Origin: Bacteroidota bacterium | GTDB taxonomy: Bacteria; Bacteroidota; Bacteroidia; J057 | Assembly (NCBI GenBank): GCA_039817415.1 | Contig: JBCBVV010000006.1 | Coordinates: forward strand, 19,065 to 83,064 | Length of the DNA: 64,000 nucleotides | Reading direction: 5' to 3' | Part shown: in pieces, positions 40,936 through 49,842 of the stretch | Layout of the letters: the number at the start of each line of letters is the position of its first letter | Position numbering within the stretch: position 1 is the stretch's first letter | Program-made: the position numbers and the translations under genes | The notes under the pieces: model-generated | The model's database searches: none | What the model saw: only the letters and a program-made list of their open reading frames with translations | Told to the model about the DNA's origin: nothing

Positions 40936-41739
40936 TTAGATTTTTGGTTGGACCGGCTTAGCTAAGGCAAAATTGGAAAGGCCAGGAAGAGAAATTCCGA
41001 GCTTACGAAAAGTAGAACCTGTCCGGTAATCTGTCCAGAGGATATTGGTCAGCATATTTGTCTGCCCTTCTGTACCATTCCATTGACCTACTCCTTTGTC
41101 TGCATCTACATTCTTACCGGTAAGCTTTTCTCTAATGACTTGCCCAACTCTTGGGACAATCAGCGAACTAAAGAAATAGCCTTTCTTATCTACTTGCATA
41201 TTTGCCTGTCCCAATCTATTCTTTAGGCTCTTATTAGTGTATCTTCTATAGTGATCCAGAAATACATCATGTTCTGACCAAAGCGATTGATAAGCTGGGA
41301 CCGTTATCAGGAAGACGGTCTTCTCATCAATTTGGGGAAAGGTCTGCATCCATTTTAGAAAAGAAATTTCATCTTCTATATGCTCAATAACATCCAGAAG
41401 CAGAACCACATCTACATGGGTGGATCCTAATTTTGCTGAGGCATGATCTAGTTCCTTATAGAGACTAATGGGAGAGTCTTCGAGTCTTTTTTCAAGGATT
41501 TCCAGTTGCTTGTCTGTGAAGGCAATATCTACTCCTAAATAGGAATGCTTGGGATAACGCTCGGCCATTTGCTCTACAAACCAAGAATCTCCACAGCCCA
41601 TATCCAATACAGTAAGATTCTCTTTTGTATGAATCTGGAGGTGCTTATCCATCAGATCCGTAGCTACCTTGAATCTGGCCAACTCCCAAGGGTGTCTGGC
41701 GACTTCAGTTCCGGGGGCCAATGCTTCCTTCAGATCCAT
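40936..41739 (-). CDS. Class I SAM-dependent methyltransferase
   Basis: Motif I is VLDMGCGDSWF, and post-I/II is VDVVLLLDVIEHIED. There is a 5-nt gap to the downstream membrane-protein gene. Confidence 0.8.
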   Translation of the reverse strand: MDLKEALAPGTEVARHPWELARFKVATDLMDKHLQIHTKENLTVLDMGCGDSWFVEQMAERYPKHSYLGVDIAFTDKQLEILEKRLEDSPISLYKELDHASAKLGSTHVDVVLLLDVIEHIEDEISFLKWMQTFPQIDEKTVFLITVPAYQSLWSEHDVFLDHYRRYTNKSLKNRLGQANMQVDKKGYFFSSLIVPRVGQVIREKLTGKNVDADKGVGQWNGTEGQTNMLTNILWTDYRTGSTFRKLGISLPGLSNFALAKPVQPKI

Positions 41740-41775
41740 GATTTTTCAGTTTGGCTTTTGTAGGCGAATGGGCAG

Positions 41776-42498
41776 TTATTGGTATCTCCCTCTGAGATTG
41801 TTGAGGACGACCGTTCCCAATTCTATTAGGGTGGTAATGTAATGCTTGGCTTTTACCTTGCTTCCTTCCGCATTAATCCACTTAACTGGAACCTCCCTGA
41901 TGCCCAATTTTTGACGCTGAGCAATGAACAAAATCTCAAAATCAAAACCAAACCCCTTGAGCCTCTGCTGAGAGAAGATTTGCTGGGCTATTTTGGCTTG
42001 AAACAATTTGAAACCACACTGTGTATCTTTGATCCCTGGGAGAATTGCCTGAACCAGTTTGTTGCCTGCTTTCCCTAAAAATACTCTGATGAAACTATTC
42101 GAAACATCAGATTCCTTCATGCCCCTTGATCCAATAACGACAGGGTATTCCTCAATAAAAGCTTTCAGATGGTCATAATATTCTATGGGGGTGGATAGGT
42201 CTGCATCGGTCAGCAACAGGTACTTTCCCTTTGCATGAAGCATCCCATGCTTTACCGCAAAGCCTTTGCCTTGATTTTGTCCATAGGAGAGGATCCTTAT
42301 GGCTGGATTCAGGAAGGAATTGGCCACCATTTGGGTGTCATCTGACGAACCATCATCTACCACTAGGATTTCAATAGAACTATCCTCAAAGTAGGTCAGA
42401 ATTCGTTCCAGCGATCTGCCGATTCGAAGGGCCTCATTGTAAGCTGGAATGATGATGCTCAGCTCTACTTGCTCAGATTTGGGATCGTTTCCCCTCAT
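41776..42498 (-). CDS. GT2-family polyprenyl-phosphate glycosyltransferase (GtrB/DPM1/ArnC-like)
   Basis: Motifs LSIIIPAYNE, VVDDGSSDDT, LLLTDADLSTP and QCGFKLF (the Q/RxxRW-region equivalent) are present. The protein is 240 aa. Confidence 0.85.
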   Translation of the reverse strand: MRGNDPKSEQVELSIIIPAYNEALRIGRSLERILTYFEDSSIEILVVDDGSSDDTQMVANSFLNPAIRILSYGQNQGKGFAVKHGMLHAKGKYLLLTDADLSTPIEYYDHLKAFIEEYPVVIGSRGMKESDVSNSFIRVFLGKAGNKLVQAILPGIKDTQCGFKLFQAKIAQQIFSQQRLKGFGFDFEILFIAQRQKLGIREVPVKWINAEGSKVKAKHYITTLIELGTVVLNNLRGRYQ

Positions 42499-42617
42499 TA
42501 TCGTTTCGGAATTTCCACCAAATGGTAATAGAAAAACTCACGCAAGATGGGAAAAATAATGCTAGAAGGAAAGGAAAAAGAGAGGCTCTCAGGAAAGTCA
42601 ATCAATCTGGTAGGGAC

Positions 42618-43295
42618 TTAGTCTTCCAACAAATCTGGCCTTCTTTCCTGTGTCTTTTTCAAGGCCTGCTCCTCTCGCCATTCATGGATTTTTTCATGTT
42701 GACCAGAAAGGAGGATATCAGGAACATTGTGGCCCTCAAAATCTGCGGGACGTGTATAAACAGGTGCATCCAGCAGATTATCCTGAAAAGAGTCTGTTAA
42801 AGCTGAGGTCTCATCCCCCAAAACACCTGGAATTAATCTACCAATAGCATCTACTAGCACGAGAGCTGGCAATTCTCCACCCGAAAGGACATAATCTCCA
42901 ATAGAGATTTCCATCGTCATAAAAAGATCTCTTGCCCGTTGGTCGAGACCTTTATAATGGCCCGCCACCAAAATGAGGTTCTTTCTTAAAGAAAGCCCAT
43001 TTGCCATGGGTTGGTCGAGTGTTTTACCGTCCGGAGTCAGGAAAATGATTTCATCATATTCCCTTTCAGCCGATAAGGCTCTAATCACCTTGGCCACAGG
43101 TTCAATTCTCAAGACCATTCCTGCTCCACCTCCATAGGGATAATCATCTACTTGACGATGCTTGTTGATGGAATAGTCTCTCAGGTCGTGTACATGAACC
43201 TCAAGCAGTCCACTATCCTGAGCTCTTTTAAGGATGCTATGGGACAGTGGACTGCTCATCAATTGAGGTACACAGGATACAATATCAATGCGCAT
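42618..43295 (-). CDS. trmD: tRNA (guanine37-N1)-methyltransferase
   Basis: Motifs [34 protein letters not shown] and [14 protein letters not shown] are present. Confidence 0.96.
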   Translation of the reverse strand: MRIDIVSCVPQLMSSPLSHSILKRAQDSGLLEVHVHDLRDYSINKHRQVDDYPYGGGAGMVLRIEPVAKVIRALSAEREYDEIIFLTPDGKTLDQPMANGLSLRKNLILVAGHYKGLDQRARDLFMTMEISIGDYVLSGGELPALVLVDAIGRLIPGVLGDETSALTDSFQDNLLDAPVYTRPADFEGHNVPDILLSGQHEKIHEWREEQALKKTQERRPDLLED

Positions 43296-43318
43296 AGGGC
43301 TATTGGAAATTCGCCTTC

Positions 43319-43813
43319 TTACTTCTTCGTCTTGATTTTATCAAGGTCTTCCATGATCTGAATAGGGCGCTTCATGCTTTCTTCGAGAGAAATGAAAGTC
43401 TCCGTGCGTTGGATTCCTTCAATTGGCTGAACCTTGTCATTCAGAATGGAACGCAGCTCGCGGGTATTTCGGCTGATGATTTTCAGGAAAATTCCATAGC
43501 GACCTGTGGTATAGTGGATTTCTGTGATTTCGGGAATAGCCTCAAGTTGCTTAACAATCTTGTTGTACAATGACCCTTTTTCAAGAAACATTCCCACAAA
43601 GGCGCAGATATCGTATCCCAAACGGCTAGCATCAATTTCCAGATGAGAGCCCTTCACAACGTGCTCCTTCATCAGTTTCTTCATCCTCACATGGACGGTT
43701 CCACCTGAAACTTCCAATGCTTTGGCTATTTCAGTGTAGGGTTTTTGCGCATCCTCCATCAACATGGACAATATCTGCAGGTCGAGTTTATCAATTTCTA
43801 AATTTACCGCCAT
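43319..43813 (-). CDS. Lrp/AsnC-family transcriptional regulator
   Basis: The HTH region is [45 protein letters not shown]-like C-terminal domain is present. Confidence 0.9.
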   Translation of the reverse strand: MAVNLEIDKLDLQILSMLMEDAQKPYTEIAKALEVSGGTVHVRMKKLMKEHVVKGSHLEIDASRLGYDICAFVGMFLEKGSLYNKIVKQLEAIPEITEIHYTTGRYGIFLKIISRNTRELRSILNDKVQPIEGIQRTETFISLEESMKRPIQIMEDLDKIKTKK

Positions 43814-43898
43814 TTTTCAGGTCGTTTTTTTGTTAATTCTCAAAAAACCAATGCTATTTTTCAAATATTGTCAAATTTAATAAATTTTATTGAAAAAA

Positions 43899-43929
43899 TT
43901 TGAATAATTGACAGAGGTCTTTATATTTG
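43899..43929 (+). promoter_or_regulatory. Bacteroidota-type promoter upstream of the tRNA-like gene
   Basis: TTTG (43899-43902), N19, then TAtaTTTG (43922-43929). The predicted transcription start is near 43936. Confidence 0.45.
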
Positions 43930-43988
43930 TATCAACAAATCAAGGGAATGATTACAAAACACGAATTCCAACTTGATCTTTAACATAC

Positions 43989-44094
43989 TGTAGGGTGATG
44001 AAACTGGCAGCCATGCCCTCTGGTCTCGGGGGTGAGGAATTGGGAAAGTCTTTGACTCAACCACCTCGTGAAGGTTCGAATCCTTCCCCTACAG
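43989..44094 (+). ncRNA. tRNA-like RNA of about 106 nt, with a non-canonical anticodon loop and an oversized extra arm. No isoacceptor identity can be assigned.
   Basis: The acceptor stem is TGTAGGG/CCCTACA. T8 is present. The type-II-like D arm is ATG-AAACTGGCAGC-CAT, containing GG. A stem CCCTC/GGGGG closes the loop TGGTCTC. The extra arm at 44033-44069 starts TGAGG and ends CCTCG. The T arm GAAGG-TTCGAAT-CCTTC is canonical. Confidence 0.6.
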
Positions 44095-44113
44095 CATAAA
44101 GCAACGTTTTATA

Positions 44114-44144
44114 AAAGAACTCTTCATCCGAAGGGTTCTTTTTT
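44114..44144. terminator. Bidirectional intrinsic terminator (tRNA-like gene and convergent 326-aa ORF)
   Basis: AAAAGAACTCTTC-ATCC-GAAGGGTTCTTTTTT. The stem is 9 bp including one G-T pair, with A- and T-runs on both sides. Confidence 0.75.
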
Positions 44145-44181
44145 GTTGTAAAAGAACTATACGATTTGTGCGGGTTGCGTC

Positions 44182-45162
44182 TTATTTCGATTCACCTACC
44201 TCTCCTCCATTTCCCTCTCGCTCTTGCAACTTGATGACATACTCATCCAATTCTAGCATCCTTTTGCGATAATCATATTCACTCTTCACTGCCTGTGCCT
44301 TCACATTATTCAAATTAACTTTGAACTGGAATAAGGTAGCAGGTACCATGAGAATGGCCTTGAATAAATTCAAAGGTGCCTGGATGATAGCCAAAGCAGA
44401 ACTTGGCTTATTGATATGGATATAGGTTGGATATCCTTCCTTGCTAAACGTAATCTCAAACTCTGTTTTCACAAAGCTTGCCGTTGGAATTTCAATGAAC
44501 TCCAGGTTATTAGGATGAGGGAGTTCCAAGTACTGAGTCTCATTTCCTTCTTCACTAAAAATCCCCATCTCTACCAATGCTCTTGTCTTACAGAAAAGTC
44601 CCGATCGATCCTTAATCTCAGGTATTTCCTTGGAAGTCGGATTTCCTTTCTGTCCCAATATTCTTGTTTCGAAGGAGAGCTTTTGATTTAATTTTTTCAA
44701 AGCTTTATCAACTCGTCCTGTGTCCGTATCGGAAAAAGGATCAATGATACCTTCGAATATTAATTTGGGTGGATTTCCTGTACTTCTCGCCTTGGTTACT
44801 TTGGTCTTCTTTTTGGGCGTAAGGGAATCTGCGAGATTTCCTACCATATCAGCCAAAGAGGAAAATACATCGTCAGTTTGATCGTCTATTTGAGTATGAA
44901 CATGGCTCAGAAAGCCCAATGGACCATATTTAACGACAATATCATCTTCTGAGAAGGCGGAAGGTTGATACCGGAAGTGATAAAAATGATCTGGATCCGG
45001 CACATACTTCACCTCTTTTATTTCCAAGGTCAACTCTTTCCCTTCAAAAAACATTATCTTGATATCGACTAAGCCTTTGGGTAGGGCATAACCGTAAAGA
45101 TTGCCTTGTTGGGGGGAGCGTAAAGAAGGAAGGAAGTTTCGGGCCATGTCTTGGTGTTTCAA
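44182..45162 (-). CDS. Hypothetical protein
   Basis: A 326-aa ORF with a Lys-rich central linker (TPKKKTKVTKARS), one hydrophobic segment near the C-terminus and a charged tail. No motif is recognised. Confidence 0.5.
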   Translation of the reverse strand: MKHQDMARNFLPSLRSPQQGNLYGYALPKGLVDIKIMFFEGKELTLEIKEVKYVPDPDHFYHFRYQPSAFSEDDIVVKYGPLGFLSHVHTQIDDQTDDVFSSLADMVGNLADSLTPKKKTKVTKARSTGNPPKLIFEGIIDPFSDTDTGRVDKALKKLNQKLSFETRILGQKGNPTSKEIPEIKDRSGLFCKTRALVEMGIFSEEGNETQYLELPHPNNLEFIEIPTASFVKTEFEITFSKEGYPTYIHINKPSSALAIIQAPLNLFKAILMVPATLFQFKVNLNNVKAQAVKSEYDYRKRMLELDEYVIKLQEREGNGGEVGESK

Positions 45163-45363
45163 TAAAATTGGGGATAATTTAAAAAATTCTTTAACAATCG
45201 GGCAAAAAATTGAATAATTTCTAATGAATTGAAATGCCTTAATTTACCAATTATCAAAATATGCTGATAACCAGTATTTTGCGCGTTTGAATTACTCAAA
45301 TGAGATACAATAGGGTCTAAAGTGACCTCTTTTATTCACCAAGTCGAAAAAACAAAAACACTT

Positions 45364-46092
45364 ATGCCTTTTGACTTTTCTAATCCATGGTTTTTTGTCA
45401 TTCTCCTGGCTACAGGTGCGAGTATGTTTATAAGCTGGAGATTGAAATCTGTCATGAACAGCATTGGTAGGATACCTACTTCTTCTGGAATGACGGGAAA
45501 GGAAATTGCTGAAGCTATGCTTCGACACTATAATATTCATGATGTTCAGGTATTGCCTGCCAAGGGATTCTTGACAGATCATTACAATCCAACAAACAAG
45601 ACCATTGCTCTGAGCGAGGTGGTGTATGGACAGACCAGTGTCGCTGCGGCTGCTGTTGCGGCTCATGAATGTGGACATGCGATCCAGCATGCAACGGAGT
45701 ATCCTGCATTAGGATTCAGATCTGCACTTGTTCCCGTGGTAAATATTGGTTCACGATTTAGCCAATTTCTCCTTTATGGCGGACTATTACTGTCTGGCGC
45801 ATCGATGTACAATGGGCAGGCCCCAAGTGGAATTGGGTATTATCTACTCCTAGGTGGAGTTTTGATGTTAGCGGGATCAGCTTTGTTCTCCCTGATTACG
45901 CTTCCTGTTGAATTTGATGCCAGTAACCGAGCGTTGAAATGGCTGGAAGCTACCGGTATTACCAGAGGAGCGGAACATGACGCTGCCAAGAAAGGACTCA
46001 CTTGGGCTGCCATGACCTATGTTGCTGCGGCAGTTGCTGCTGTGGCCAATTTACTTTATTGGGCACAGTTTCTGATGAGAAATAGAGATTAA
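45364..46092 (+). CDS. Membrane zinc metallopeptidase (Zn_peptidase_2/YpfJ-like family)
   Basis: HECGHAIQH is an HExxH motif. TM helices lie at the N-terminus and C-terminus. The ATG at 45364 is preferred. Confidence 0.8.
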   Translation: MPFDFSNPWFFVILLATGASMFISWRLKSVMNSIGRIPTSSGMTGKEIAEAMLRHYNIHDVQVLPAKGFLTDHYNPTNKTIALSEVVYGQTSVAAAAVAAHECGHAIQHATEYPALGFRSALVPVVNIGSRFSQFLLYGGLLLSGASMYNGQAPSGIGYYLLLGGVLMLAGSALFSLITLPVEFDASNRALKWLEATGITRGAEHDAAKKGLTWAAMTYVAAAVAAVANLLYWAQFLMRNRD

Positions 46093-46115
46093 ATTCGTCT
46101 TACGACATACGAACT

Positions 46116-46148
46116 CATAAAAAAAGCCGTCCTAATTGGACGGCTTTT
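46116..46148. terminator. Bidirectional intrinsic terminator (metallopeptidase/rplQ convergent pair)
   Basis: AAAAAAA-AGCCGTCC-loop-GGACGGCT-TTTT. Confidence 0.75.
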
Positions 46149-46170
46149 CCATGATATAGAAAGTGAATTA

Positions 46171-46992
46171 TTATTCTTCTTTGTTCTCCTCCTCTTCGGC
46201 AGGAGCTTCTTCTTCGGCAACTTCTTCAACGGCTTCTGTAGCTTCTTCCACAACTTCTTCAGCTGCTTCTACTATTTTGCCACCGTCAAGTTCGTCCTGT
46301 AGAGCAGTCAACTCATCCCACTTACCATCGGCAGCAAGTTGTGCCTGATCTCCCCAAGTTGTAGGGTTCATTGATTTCATAGCTCCTCCAGCTTCTGTCA
46401 GAATCTCCTTTAGCTTGTCAGCTCCGGCTTCTGTCAGTTGGGCGAAAGTCGTGATACCTGCAGCATTCAGGGTCTCCTGTACTTTAGGTCCGATTCCTTC
46501 AATCTTGGTTAGATCGTCATTAGTAACTGCTGGTGCTTCTGCAGCTTTAGCTTTAGTTGCTCCTCCGCTCTTCTTCCTACGACGACGCTTCTTACCTTTT
46601 CCACCAGCACCTTTGTTTTGGCTGTAGTCGTACTCGTTGTAGTCAACTAGTTCAACCAATGCCATTTCAGCATTGTCTCCACGACGGTTACCTAATTTCA
46701 GGATTCTGGTGTAGCCACCTGGACGATCGCTTACCTTTTCTGCAATTTCTCCGAAAAGCTCTTTTACCGCTTCTTTGTTTTGCAGGTAGCTAAATACCAC
46801 ACGACGAGAGTGCATGGTATCTTCCTTGGACTTAGTAATGATAGGTTCGATGAACACACGAAGGGCTTTCGCCTTTTGTACGGTTGTCTTGATAGACTTG
46901 TGTTCGATCAGGGAGTTGGCCATGTTACGAAGCATGGCTCTTCTGTGGGAAGAAGTTCTTCCCAAATAAGACATTTTCTTTCCGTGTCTCAT
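46171..46992 (-). CDS. rplQ: 50S ribosomal protein L17 with a C-terminal extension of about 150 aa (basic linker, helix-hairpin-helix domain, acidic tail)
   Basis: The L17 core is [31 protein letters not shown]...[25 protein letters not shown]. It is followed by [10 protein letters not shown], then [26 protein letters not shown], then an [18 protein letters not shown] tail. The start is set at Met44 of the listed ORF. Confidence 0.9.
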   Translation of the reverse strand: MRHGKKMSYLGRTSSHRRAMLRNMANSLIEHKSIKTTVQKAKALRVFIEPIITKSKEDTMHSRRVVFSYLQNKEAVKELFGEIAEKVSDRPGGYTRILKLGNRRGDNAEMALVELVDYNEYDYSQNKGAGGKGKKRRRRKKSGGATKAKAAEAPAVTNDDLTKIEGIGPKVQETLNAAGITTFAQLTEAGADKLKEILTEAGGAMKSMNPTTWGDQAQLAADGKWDELTALQDELDGGKIVEAAEEVVEEATEAVEEVAEEEAPAEEEENKEE

Positions 46993-47076
46993 TGTTAAAG
47001 CAATTTGGCTTGCTTCGGGCATTCCACAGCTACAATGTGTGCTGGGGTCATATTCCCAAAGGCAATGAGTGAATAA

Positions 47077-47127
47077 TAAAAAAAGATGAATGGCTGCAAG
47101 CAGTGGTCTCCTTCCAACCACTCATCT
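47077..47127 (-). terminator. Intrinsic terminator/attenuator between rpoA and rplQ
   Basis: The minus strand reads AGATGAGTGG-N24-CCATTCATCT (10 bp with one G-U pair), followed by TTTTTTT. Confidence 0.55.
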
Positions 47128-47149
47128 GAAATCATAGAACGTATCCAGA

Positions 47150-48136
47150 CTAATCTTCGTCCAGATTGTATTTTGATACCTCCATGCCGAAGCTGAGGTT
47201 CTTTTCAGCGACAAGTTCTTCAAGCTCAGTAAGAGATTTCTTACCGAAGTTACGGAACTTCAATAGGTCTGCGATATTGTAAGAAACCAGGTCTCCTAGG
47301 GTCTTGATGTCCGCAGCTTTCAAACAGTTGAAGGCACGTACAGAAAGATCCAACTCAGACAATGGTGTCTTAAGAAGTTTGCGCATAGCCAAGAAGTTTT
47401 CGTCCACAGGTGCCTGCTTCTCTTCTTCTTCTGACTGTAGCATGATGGACTCATCAGAGAACAACATCAGGTGTCTAACCAGAATGTTTGCTGCCTCTTT
47501 CAATGCATTTTCAGCATCAATGGTTCCATCAGTTTCTACTTCAATCTCTAACTGTTCGTAGTCTGTCTTCTGCTCAATACGGTAAGGTTCAACAGAGTAC
47601 TTAACGTTTTTGATTGGTGTGTAGATGGAGTCAATCGCAATTTCTCCAATTGGCTGATTGGGCTGATGGTTAAGTTCAGAAGGTACATACCCTCTCCCTT
47701 TTCCTATTGTCAGCTCAATATCGAATTGTGTTTTCGGATCAAGGTGAGCAATGACCAAGTCCGGATTGGTGACTTCGAAGGCAGCAGTATGGTCGCTGAT
47801 ATCAGCACCTGTGAAAGTTTCCTTTCCTCTTACAGAGATAAAGATTTTGTTATCTCCATCTGCTACTTTCTTAAGGCGAACCTTTTTGAGGTTCAGGATA
47901 ATTTCGGTCACGTCCTCAATTACACCAGGTACGATGGTAAACTCGTGGTCTACACTTGGAATCTTGATGGAATTGATCGCGTGTCCTTCAAGAGAGGACA
48001 GCAACACACGACGAAGTGCGTTACCAACGGTAATCCCATACCCGCGTTCTAGTGGACGAACCATAAAACGACCGGAGTATGCGGCTTCCTTTTCAAGGAC
48101 GATCTTTTCCGGCATTTGGAAATTAAGCAATGCCAT
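47150..48136 (-). CDS. rpoA: DNA-directed RNA polymerase subunit alpha
   Basis: [20 protein letters not shown] and the alpha-CTD sequence [20 protein letters not shown] are present. Confidence 0.98.
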   Translation of the reverse strand: MALLNFQMPEKIVLEKEAAYSGRFMVRPLERGYGITVGNALRRVLLSSLEGHAINSIKIPSVDHEFTIVPGVIEDVTEIILNLKKVRLKKVADGDNKIFISVRGKETFTGADISDHTAAFEVTNPDLVIAHLDPKTQFDIELTIGKGRGYVPSELNHQPNQPIGEIAIDSIYTPIKNVKYSVEPYRIEQKTDYEQLEIEVETDGTIDAENALKEAANILVRHLMLFSDESIMLQSEEEEKQAPVDENFLAMRKLLKTPLSELDLSVRAFNCLKAADIKTLGDLVSYNIADLLKFRNFGKKSLTELEELVAEKNLSFGMEVSKYNLDED

Positions 48137-48226
48137 ATGGTATTCTCCTTTTTAAAATTGTATACAATAATATAATAAGCATATTGGCAAGCCCGCTTGT
48201 GCACAGTGGACTTGCCCTATTACTTA

Positions 48227-48826
48227 TTACTTGGAATATAGTTCTACGATCAGCTGCTCGTTGATTTTCTCAGGAATATCTTCACGGCTAGGAAAGCTAT
48301 CAAATGTTCCTCGTTTCTGGTCGGCTTCAACAGTCAACCATCCAAAACGACCAGCTCTAGCTAGACTAGTGGAGATCAACTCCAAATTCTTGCTTTTCTC
48401 TCTGATTTCAACAACATCACCAGGCTTAAGTAGCGCTGAAGGGATGTTGGTAACCACACCATTCATCATCACGTGCTTGTGTGTTACAAGCTGACGGGCT
48501 GCTCTACGTGTAGGAGCGAATCCCATTCTGTAAACAATGTTGTCCAGTCTGGACTCAAGCAATTGTAGGAACACCTCACCTGTTACCCCCTTACGAGAGG
48601 CAGCTTTCTTGAAGGTGTTACGGAACTGCTTCTCAAGCAACCCGTAGGTATATTTTGCTTTTTGCTTTTCAGCCAGCTGTACACCGTAGTCAGAAACTTT
48701 TCTTCTTCTGCTCTTGCCATGCTGACCGGGAGGTGTTTTACGGCGTTCAAGTGCCTTACCATGTCCTAGGATAGGCTCTTTAAATTTACGCTCGATTTTT
48801 CCTCTTGGTCCTGTATATCGTGCCAT
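48227..48826 (-). CDS. rpsD: 30S ribosomal protein S4
   Basis: [15 protein letters not shown] and the S4 domain [25 protein letters not shown] are present. Confidence 0.98.
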   Translation of the reverse strand: MARYTGPRGKIERKFKEPILGHGKALERRKTPPGQHGKSRRRKVSDYGVQLAEKQKAKYTYGLLEKQFRNTFKKAASRKGVTGEVFLQLLESRLDNIVYRMGFAPTRRAARQLVTHKHVMMNGVVTNIPSALLKPGDVVEIREKSKNLELISTSLARAGRFGWLTVEADQKRGTFDSFPSREDIPEKINEQLIVELYSK

Positions 48827-48897
48827 AATTTCTTTTAGTCATCAAATTGGATGCTGACGATCTGCGTCTGAATCACGATTTGTCAGCTAATAAGTAA

Positions 48898-49287
48898 TTA
48901 TACGCGACGTCTTTTAGGTGGACGACAACCATTGTGTGGTAGAGGAGTGATGTCTCTGATCATAGTTACATCAATCCCAGCAGCAACTACGGCACGGATA
49001 GCAGACTCACGGCCTGATCCTGTTCCCTTCACAAACACCTCTACTTTTCTCAAACCCATGTCGTAAGCTCTCTTTGCACAGTCGGTAGCAGCAACCTGAG
49101 CAGCGTAAGGCGTGTTCTTCTTAGAACCACGGAAGCCCATCTTACCAGCTGCTGACCAGCTGATTGTATTACCAGACAAATCTGTAATGGTAATGATGAT
49201 GTTGTTGAAAGAGGAACTGATGTGTACCTGTCCAACTGGCTCGACCTTCTTTTTCTTCTTCTGGTTTCTGGATGATCCCTTTGCCAT
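48898..49287 (-). CDS. rpsK: 30S ribosomal protein S11
   Basis: [18 protein letters not shown] and [10 protein letters not shown] are present. Confidence 0.98.
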   Translation of the reverse strand: MAKGSSRNQKKKKKVEPVGQVHISSSFNNIIITITDLSGNTISWSAAGKMGFRGSKKNTPYAAQVAATDCAKRAYDMGLRKVEVFVKGTGSGRESAIRAVVAAGIDVTMIRDITPLPHNGCRPPKRRRV

Positions 49288-49289
49288 AA

Positions 49290-49667
49290 TTACTTAGTTG
49301 CTTTTTTCTTGTTGGCGACTGTTTTCTTCTTACCCTTTCTGGTTCTGGCATTAGTCTTAGTGCGCTGTCCACGAAGGGGAAGTCCCTTACGGTGGCGAAG
49401 CCCACGGTAACAACCGATGTCCATGAGTCGCTTAATGTTCAACTGGATTTCTGAACGAAGCTGCCCCTCAACCTTGTATTCATCACCGATGATACGACGG
49501 ATCTTAACGATTTCTTCGTCATTCCAGTCCCTGATGCGCTTGTCCTCGTCAATTTCTGCCTTTTCCAGAATCTGTGTGGCAAGGGTGTTGCCAATTCCAA
49601 AAATATAGGTCAATCCAATGACGCCACGCTTATTCTTAGGTAAATCTACGCCTGCAATACGTGCCAT
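49290..49667 (-). CDS. rpsM: 30S ribosomal protein S13
   Basis: [14 protein letters not shown] and [24 protein letters not shown] are present. Confidence 0.98.
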   Translation of the reverse strand: MARIAGVDLPKNKRGVIGLTYIFGIGNTLATQILEKAEIDEDKRIRDWNDEEIVKIRRIIGDEYKVEGQLRSEIQLNIKRLMDIGCYRGLRHRKGLPLRGQRTKTNARTRKGKKKTVANKKKATK

Positions 49668-49681
49668 AAATCTTCAGTTAA

Positions 49682-49798
49682 CTAGCCCTGGCGCTGCTTG
49701 TGCTTAGGGTTTTTCTTGTTGATAACGTAAACTTTGCCCTTACGACGAATAATCTTATCGTCTGAGCTACGCTTCTTTACAGATGCTCGTACTTTCAT
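49682..49798 (-). CDS. rpmJ: 50S ribosomal protein L36
   Basis: This gene is not in the ORF track (38 aa). Manual translation gives [38 protein letters not shown]. It lies between infA and rpsM, as expected. Confidence 0.93.
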   Translation of the reverse strand: MKVRASVKKRSSDDKIIRRKGKVYVINKKNPKHKQRQG

Positions 49799-49842
49799 TG
49801 TTTTATAATAAAGAGTCTGAAAGATGTCCGGTTAATAAGCCC

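Noticed and set aside
43988-44095. The tRNA-like gene as tRNA-Sec, tmRNA or SRP RNA
   Set aside because: It is not tRNA-Sec: no TCA sits in a 7-nt loop closed by a stem, and there is no 6-bp D stem with a 4-nt loop. It is not tmRNA: it is far too short and lacks the GGGG... 5' end and a tag ORF. It is not SRP RNA: the GGAA-tetraloop/AGCAGCC domain IV motif is absent and the 3' half is a T arm rather than a long helix.
45292-45690. The 132-aa minus-strand ORF overlapping the metallopeptidase gene
   Set aside because: The plus-strand frame contains the HExxH motif and TM helices. The minus-strand ORF has no motifs.
46993-47121. The N-terminal 43-aa extension of the rplQ ORF ([13 protein letters not shown]...)
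   Set aside because: The conserved L17 N-terminus MRHGKK starts at 46992. The upstream part covers the terminator hairpin and spacer.
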